From Acetobacteraceae bacterium (GTDB taxonomy: Bacteria; Pseudomonadota; Alphaproteobacteria; Acetobacterales; Acetobacteraceae), in the NCBI GenBank assembly GCA_049591635.1, contig JBAWFF010000408.1, forward strand, positions 1 through 51,386: a stretch of 51,386 nt of DNA, written 5' to 3'. A program made the translations under genes and the position numbers. Below, one piece after another: positions 46,426 to 51,386 of this stretch (position 1 is its first letter; the number at the start of each line of letters is the position of its first letter). Under the pieces are notes generated by a model. The model was given only the letters and a program-made list of their open reading frames with translations, made no database searches and was not told the DNA's origin.

Positions 46426-46908
46426 ATGCCGTTCGATGGAAGGGAGTTCACCGGCGCCACTATCCTCGCACCACCGCCGGAAGTTCCGCAGTCGCCCACG
46501 CTCTGGGAGCGAGTGCGGGTCGCCACCCAGTCGTTTTTGCCTCGGCTACGGACGCTGCCGACCCTGCGGTCGTTCTCGCCTGACCCGGGGCTGCCCAACG
46601 AGGTGGCGACGGTCCAGTTGCTGACGATCGCGCGCGCGCTGATCGCCGATGAGGAGAACTGGGTCCAGGGCCGCTACGAGACGATCGACGGAAGGCGTTG
46701 CGCGGTCGGCGCCTTGCGTGTCGCCTCACGACTGATGGGAGTCCGGACGCCGCCGCGCGACGCGACCGGGATGTTGCTGACCGTGGCGAACGGCCGCGGG
46801 TTCAACGACATCGAGAAGATGAACGACCGTTCGACGCACGCACAGGTGCTGAGTGCCTTCGACGAGGCGATCACCCGCGCGCAGGTACGTCAGACGACGT
46901 TGGGCTGA
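46426..46908 (+). CDS. Hypothetical protein
   Basis: CAGGAG RBS lies 6 nt upstream of the ATG. Codon usage is G+C-rich. The central ENWVQGRYETIDGRRCAVGAL motif could not be assigned to a family with confidence. Confidence 0.5.
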   Translation: MPFDGREFTGATILAPPPEVPQSPTLWERVRVATQSFLPRLRTLPTLRSFSPDPGLPNEVATVQLLTIARALIADEENWVQGRYETIDGRRCAVGALRVASRLMGVRTPPRDATGMLLTVANGRGFNDIEKMNDRSTHAQVLSAFDEAITRAQVRQTTLG

Positions 46909-47017
46909 GACACGCCGCGCCGGTGGCCCGCCCCCAAGGACGAGGCCCGCCCGGCGCGGATGACGTGACCGCCGCGCTTCGCTAAGCCTGCCGGGCCTTA
47001 CGGCGGGACGGACGAAC

Positions 47018-47911
47018 ATGGCGCGACACACGACGGTCAGGCGCGGGCGGGTGATGGAAGTGAACGTCGGCGCCTTCGAGGTGCGTCGACGTGGCATCGC
47101 CCGATTTGATTGGCGGGATCCCTATCACGGCGCGCTTACGGTGCGTTGGGCGCTGTTCCTGACCGGCCTCTTCTGCCTTTACCTAGCGATAAACCTCGTT
47201 TTCGCCGCCTTGTACTTGGTGCGGCCAGGAAGCATCGCGAACGCGGCGGCTGGCAGCTATGCCGATGCATTCTTCTTCAGCATCGAGACTCTGGCGACCG
47301 TGGGCTATGGCGCGATGTCGCCCGCCACGCTCTATGGCCACGTCATTTCGACCATCGAGATATTCTCCGGCTTGGCGTTCACCGCGCTGGCGACGGGCAT
47401 GACGTTCGTGCGTTTTTCCCGGCCGCGAGGGAGATTCTTGTTCGCCGACAACGCCGTGATCGGCCCGATGAACGGACGTCCGACGTTGATGATACGCGTC
47501 GCCCAAGGCCGGAAGGAGCCGCTTGCCGACGCACGGGCGACGTTGAGCGCGCTCATCGCCGAGCAAACGCAAGAAGGGGTGTCCTTCCGGCGAAACTACG
47601 ATCTCCGGCTGGTGCGCGCGCACTTTCCACTGTTTGTCCTCACCTGGACGGTGATGCACGAGCTCGACGAGAGCAGTCCGCTCTACGGAATGGACGCGCG
47701 CGCCCTCGCGGCGCAAGACGTCCGGCTGTTGCTCAGTGTGTCGGCCCGCGATCCCGCGCTGGCCACGGACGTCCACGCCTATCAGGACTACCCGGCGGAG
47801 AAGCTTCAGTTCGGTATGCGATATGTCGACGCGATGGTCGCGGATGAGCGGGGCCGGACCTTGATGGACCTCACGCTGCTCAGCGAGATAGAGGCCGTCC
47901 CCGAGGTCTGA
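47018..47911 (+). CDS. Prokaryotic inward-rectifier potassium channel (KirBac family)
   Basis: Slide helix and M1, pore helix plus the selectivity filter FFFSIETLATVGYG, M2, then a Kir-type cytoplasmic beta-rich C-terminal domain. About 297 aa. Confidence 0.85.
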   Translation: MARHTTVRRGRVMEVNVGAFEVRRRGIARFDWRDPYHGALTVRWALFLTGLFCLYLAINLVFAALYLVRPGSIANAAAGSYADAFFFSIETLATVGYGAMSPATLYGHVISTIEIFSGLAFTALATGMTFVRFSRPRGRFLFADNAVIGPMNGRPTLMIRVAQGRKEPLADARATLSALIAEQTQEGVSFRRNYDLRLVRAHFPLFVLTWTVMHELDESSPLYGMDARALAAQDVRLLLSVSARDPALATDVHAYQDYPAEKLQFGMRYVDAMVADERGRTLMDLTLLSEIEAVPEV

Positions 47912-49363
47912 TCACCCGAGGCGACGGCGCAGCGTCTCGTTCACCAGCGCCGGGTTGCCCCTGCCCGCCATCGCCTTCATCACCTGCCCGACAAAGAAGC
48001 CGAACAGCTTGTCCTTGCCCGCCTTGTACTCCGCGAGCTTGTCGGCGTTGGCGACGAGCACGGCCTCGACGGCCGCGTCGATCGCGCCGATGTCAGTGAC
48101 CTGGCGCAGACCCTGCTCGGCGACGATGGCGCCGGCGTCCTTGCCGGTGTCGACCATCGCCTCGAACACGTCCTTGGCGATGCGCCCGTTGATGGTCCGG
48201 TCGGCCATCAGGTCGAGCAGCGCACCGAGACCGGCGGCGCTCACCGGGCTATCGGCGATGTTCCGCCCGGTGCGGTTGAGGGCGGCGAACAAATCCCCGA
48301 TGACCCAGTTGGCGGCCAGCTTGGCGTCGCGACCGTTCGCCACCGTCTCGTAGAAATCCGCGGCCGCCTGTTCCGCCACCAGCACCCCGGCGTCGTAGTG
48401 CGGCAGCCCGTACTGGGCCACGAACCGGCGGCGCTTGGCGTCGGGCAGCTCTGGCAAATCCGCCTTCAAGGCGGCGACCCAAGCCTCTTCGAGCACCAGC
48501 GGCAGCAGGTCGGGGTCGGGGAAGTAGCGGTAGTCGTGCGCGTCCTCCTTGCTCCGCATGGAGCGGGTCTCGCCGCGTGCGGGATCGAACAGGCGGGTCT
48601 CCTGATCGACCGTGCCGCCGGATTCCCAGACCTCCACTTGGCGTGCCGCCTCGGCCTCGATCGCGTGCATCACGAAGCGGATGGAGTTGACGTTCTTCAC
48701 CTCGCAGCGGGTGCGGAACGCCTCGCCGTGCTTGCGGACCGATACGTTCACGTCGGCGCGCATCGAGCCTTCGTCCATGTTGCCGTCGCAGGTGCCAAGG
48801 TAGCGCAGGATGGTGCGCAGCTTGCGCAGGTAGGCACCGGCCTCCTCGGGCGCGCGCAGGTCGGGCTCGCTCACGATCTCCATCAGCGCGACGCCGGAGC
48901 GGTTGAGGTCGATCAAGGATTTCGTCGGATGCTGGTCGTGCAGCGACTTGCCGGCGTCCTGCTCCAGGTGCAGGCGCGTGATGCCGATGTCGCGCGTGGA
49001 GCCGTCCGCCAGCTCGATCTCGATGCGTCCCTCGCCGACGATCGGATGCTGGTACTGGCTGATCTGATAGCCGGCGGGGAGGTCGGCGTAGAAGTAGTTC
49101 TTGCGATCGAACCGGCTGACCAGATTGATGCGCGCGTCGAGCCCGAGCCCGGTGCGGACGGCCTGCGCCACGCACTCGCGGTTGATGACCGGCAGCATCC
49201 CGGGAAAGCCGGCATCGACGAAGCTCACCTGGCTGTTCGGCGCGGCGCCGAACTCGGTCGCGGCACCGGAGAATAGCTTGGACTGGCTGATGACCTGGGC
49301 GTGGACCTCAAGGCCGATGACGAGTTCCCAAGGGCCGGTGGCGCCGTCGATCGTGTAAGTCAT
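47912..49363 (-). CDS. gatB: Asp-tRNA(Asn)/Glu-tRNA(Gln) amidotransferase subunit B
   Basis: [28 protein letters not shown] and the C-terminal YqeY-like tail GFFVGQVMK. Confidence 0.95.
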   Translation of the reverse strand: MTYTIDGATGPWELVIGLEVHAQVISQSKLFSGAATEFGAAPNSQVSFVDAGFPGMLPVINRECVAQAVRTGLGLDARINLVSRFDRKNYFYADLPAGYQISQYQHPIVGEGRIEIELADGSTRDIGITRLHLEQDAGKSLHDQHPTKSLIDLNRSGVALMEIVSEPDLRAPEEAGAYLRKLRTILRYLGTCDGNMDEGSMRADVNVSVRKHGEAFRTRCEVKNVNSIRFVMHAIEAEAARQVEVWESGGTVDQETRLFDPARGETRSMRSKEDAHDYRYFPDPDLLPLVLEEAWVAALKADLPELPDAKRRRFVAQYGLPHYDAGVLVAEQAAADFYETVANGRDAKLAANWVIGDLFAALNRTGRNIADSPVSAAGLGALLDLMADRTINGRIAKDVFEAMVDTGKDAGAIVAEQGLRQVTDIGAIDAAVEAVLVANADKLAEYKAGKDKLFGFFVGQVMKAMAGRGNPALVNETLRRRLG

Positions 49364-49396
49364 GGGTTTGTTGCTTTCGCTACGGCGTCGCCCACA

Positions 49397-49484
49397 CCGT
49401 CATGGCCGGACTTGTTCCGGCCATCCACGTCTTCCTGGCCGCACGTAAAGGCGTGGATGCCCGGGCCAAGCCCGGGCATGGCGG
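49397..49484. repeat. REP/MITE-like palindromic element in the gatA-gatB spacer, same family as 244-518
   Basis: Three hairpins: ATGGCCGGA-CTTGT-TCCGGCCAT, ATCCACGTCTT...GGCGTGGAT and ATGCCCGGG-CCAA-GCCCGGGCAT. The ends are imperfectly inverted (CCGTCATGGCCGG / CCCGGGCATGGCGG). The core ATCCACGTCTT..CTGG.CG......AAG.CGTGGAT is shared with 287-324. Confidence 0.75.
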
Positions 49485-49522
49485 CGAGGGAGGAGGGAGC
49501 GGGAGCACTCATAGTCATCCGC

Positions 49523-51007
49523 TCACCCTTCCGCCCGCAGCGTGGGGAGCGCATCGAATCCCGCCGCGCGCTCCAGCGTGGCGGCGGCGGCGAACACCGT
49601 CTCCTCGTCGAACGGCCGCCCGATGACCTGCAACCCCAGCGGCAGCCCATTCGCATCCAGGCCGACTGGCACCGAAATCGCCGGTACCCCGGCGAGATCG
49701 GCGGGGACGGTGAACAGGTCGTTCAGATACATTGTCACCGGGTCGTCGGTCTTCTCGCTGTGCGCGAACGCGGCGGAGGGCGTGGTGGGGGTCAGCAGGA
49801 CGTCGACCTTGGCGAACGCCTCAGTGAAGTCGCGCAGGATCAGCGCCCGCACCTTCTGCGCGCGCAGATAATAGGCGTCGTAATAGCCGGCGGAGAGCAC
49901 GTAGGTGCCGATCAGGATGCGCCGTCGCACCTCGGCGCCGAACCCCTCGGCGCGGGTGCGCTCGTACAGGTCGCGCAGATCCTCGCCTTGCTCCGCGCGA
50001 AGTCCGAAGCGCACGCCGTCGTAGCGGGCGAGGTTCGACGACGCCTCGGCAGGGGCGACGATGTAGTAGGTCGGCAGGCCGTATTTCGTGTGCGGCAGCG
50101 ACACGTCGACGACCTCCGCCCCGGCTTCGCGCAGCCAGTCCGCGCCCTGGCGCCACAGCGCCTCGATCTCCTCGGGCATCCCCTCGGCGCGGTATTCGCG
50201 CGGGATGCCGACCCGCAGGCCGCGCACGCCGCGCACGCAGGCGGCGGCGAAATCGGGCACCGGCAGGTCGGCGCTGGTACTGTCCTTGGGGTCGTGCCCG
50301 GCCATCGAGCCGAGCAGGATCGCGCAATCCTCGACCGTGCGCGCGAACGGCCCGGGATGGTCGAGCGAGGAGGCGAACGCGACCACGCCCCAGCGCGAGC
50401 ACCGCCCATAGGTGGGTTTCAATCCGACGATTCCGCAGAACGAAGCCGGCTGGCGGATCGATCCGCCGGTGTCGGTTCCGGTGGCACCGAGCGCGAGACG
50501 AGCCGACACCGCCGCCGCCGAGCCACCCGACGAGCCACCCGGCACCAAAACCGCCGCGTGATCCTGGCGCCGCTTCCAGGGGTTCTCCACCGGGCCGAAC
50601 GCCGAGGACAGGTTCGATGAGCCCATCGCGAACTCGTCCATGTTCGTCTTGCCGAGGAAGATCGCGCCGTCGCGCAGCAGGTTGGCGGTAACGGTGCTCT
50701 CGTACGGCGGCACGAACGAGCCTAGGATTCGGCTCGCCGCCGTCGTCCGCACGCCCTCGGTGCAGAACAGGTCCTTGATCGCGAGCGGGATGCCGGTGAG
50801 CGGGCGGACGTCCTTGCGCGCGATCGCCGCGTCCGCCGCGTCGGCCCGTGTCAGCGCGCGCTCGGCGGTGACGGTGAGAAAGGCATTCAGACGCGGGTTG
50901 AGCGCCTCGATTGCCTTCAGATGCTCCTCGGTCAGGGCGCGCGCCGTGAAATCGCCGCGGTCGAGGCCGGCGCGAGCACCCGCGATGGTGAGATCGGTCA
51001 GCATCAC
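49523..51007 (-). CDS. gatA: Asp-tRNA(Asn)/Glu-tRNA(Gln) amidotransferase subunit A
   Basis: Amidase signature [11 protein letters not shown] and [11 protein letters not shown]. Length is 494 aa. The stop overlaps the gatC region. Confidence 0.95.
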   Translation of the reverse strand: MMLTDLTIAGARAGLDRGDFTARALTEEHLKAIEALNPRLNAFLTVTAERALTRADAADAAIARKDVRPLTGIPLAIKDLFCTEGVRTTAASRILGSFVPPYESTVTANLLRDGAIFLGKTNMDEFAMGSSNLSSAFGPVENPWKRRQDHAAVLVPGGSSGGSAAAVSARLALGATGTDTGGSIRQPASFCGIVGLKPTYGRCSRWGVVAFASSLDHPGPFARTVEDCAILLGSMAGHDPKDSTSADLPVPDFAAACVRGVRGLRVGIPREYRAEGMPEEIEALWRQGADWLREAGAEVVDVSLPHTKYGLPTYYIVAPAEASSNLARYDGVRFGLRAEQGEDLRDLYERTRAEGFGAEVRRRILIGTYVLSAGYYDAYYLRAQKVRALILRDFTEAFAKVDVLLTPTTPSAAFAHSEKTDDPVTMYLNDLFTVPADLAGVPAISVPVGLDANGLPLGLQVIGRPFDEETVFAAAATLERAAGFDALPTLRAEG

Positions 51008-51291
51008 TCGACTACCTTCGGCACGGCGAAGTAGTCGTCGATCCGCTCGGGCGCGTTAGCCAGCACGCGCTCGACGTAACCGCCGTCGGTCACGGTGTCC
51101 TCGCGCATTTTCAGCGCCATGTGGGCGGCCCCGGTGATCGGCGCGACACCTTCCACCTCGACCTCGTTCAATTGCTCGATCCAGCCGAGAATGCCGTTCA
51201 GCTCGGCTTGCAACGGCGCGACCTCGGCATCCTCCAGACGGATGCGGGCGAGCAGCGCGATGCGGCGGACGGTCGCGGGATCGAGCGACAT
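51004..51291 (-). CDS. gatC: Asp-tRNA(Asn)/Glu-tRNA(Gln) amidotransferase subunit C
   Basis: ATG 51291 gives a 95-aa protein, [24 protein letters not shown]..., which is the typical GatC size and start. It overlaps gatA by 4 nt. Confidence 0.9.
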   Translation of the reverse strand: MSLDPATVRRIALLARIRLEDAEVAPLQAELNGILGWIEQLNEVEVEGVAPITGAAHMALKMREDTVTDGGYVERVLANAPERIDDYFAVPKVVE

Positions 51292-51386
51292 GGCGGGACT
51301 AGGCTCCGGGAAAGGGCGGGGTATAACGGCGCGGATGGCGCTGTTCAACATGGCGGAGTTGCGCTCGCGCCTGCGGCCGGGCCAGC

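Noticed and set aside
49402-49626. ORFs 49402..49626(+) (MAGLVPAIHVFLAARKGVDARAKPGHGG...) and 49360..49656(-).
   Set aside because: These are translations of the REP/MITE hairpins in the gatA-gatB spacer and of the antisense strand of the gatA 3' end. The peptide is the well-known artefact of this repeat type.
51349-51386. Possible plus-strand gene start (ATG 51349, MAELRSRLRPGQ...) running off the 3' edge.
   Set aside because: Only 12 codons are visible, with no RBS or family information, so it cannot be supported.

Overview
This is a 51.4-kb chromosomal window from a high-G+C genome (about two-thirds G+C by eye). It looks alphaproteobacterial: it has a CcrM-type methyltransferase, an lpxXL-type very-long-chain-fatty-acid lipid A cluster, and nested palindromic REP/MITE repeats whose translations give the spurious 'IPAKAGIQ / PAFAGMT / LVPAIHVF' peptides. 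Coding density is high, and many long antisense ORFs are G+C artefacts. I found no rRNA, tRNA, CRISPR array, transposase or integrase.

Gene content, left to right:
- Lipid A VLCFA genes: a KAS-like tail, KAS, Zn-ADH and LpxXL.
- A cupredoxin (MauL/amicyanin-like), a polytopic membrane protein and a di-haem MauG/CCP-family gene.
- A long minus-strand operon: LivKHMGF-type ABC importer, DadA-like dehydrogenase, two-Cys Asp/Glu-racemase-family protein and a second FAD oxidoreductase.
- A PhnW-like aminotransferase translationally coupled to formate-THF ligase.
- tetR with emrAB, and lysR with bdhA plus a DUF1127 gene.
- A MaoC hydratase pair with an FkbM methyltransferase.
- A metallophosphatase, hicAB and a serine hydrolase.
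- cbpAM, a crotonase, rnhB and ccrM.
- Acyl-CoA metabolism genes, including boxC and boxB.
- A DUF1232-sulfotransferase fusion, a KirBac channel and gatCAB.

Most notable observations:
1. A low-G+C insertion of about 0.8 kb sits inside the 3' end of fhs. It is bounded by a decayed duplicate of the fhs terminus and carries a minimal nucleotidyltransferase-fold ORF plus a small basic ORF, a candidate toxin-antitoxin or defence-like module.
2. hicA carries an in-frame amber codon at a conserved position, next to an intact hicB.
3. A MITE-like composite palindrome with perfect 18-bp terminal inverted repeats splits the lipid A VLCFA operon. A related copy lies between gatB and gatA.
4. An orphan MauG/MauL-like pair occurs with no methylamine dehydrogenase genes.
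5. A trypsin/PDZ protein with a degenerate catalytic triad lies next to boxCB, and boxA is not adjacent.
6. An orphan Rho-independent terminator marks an sRNA candidate.

All family assignments come from motif recognition by eye. No database search was run.
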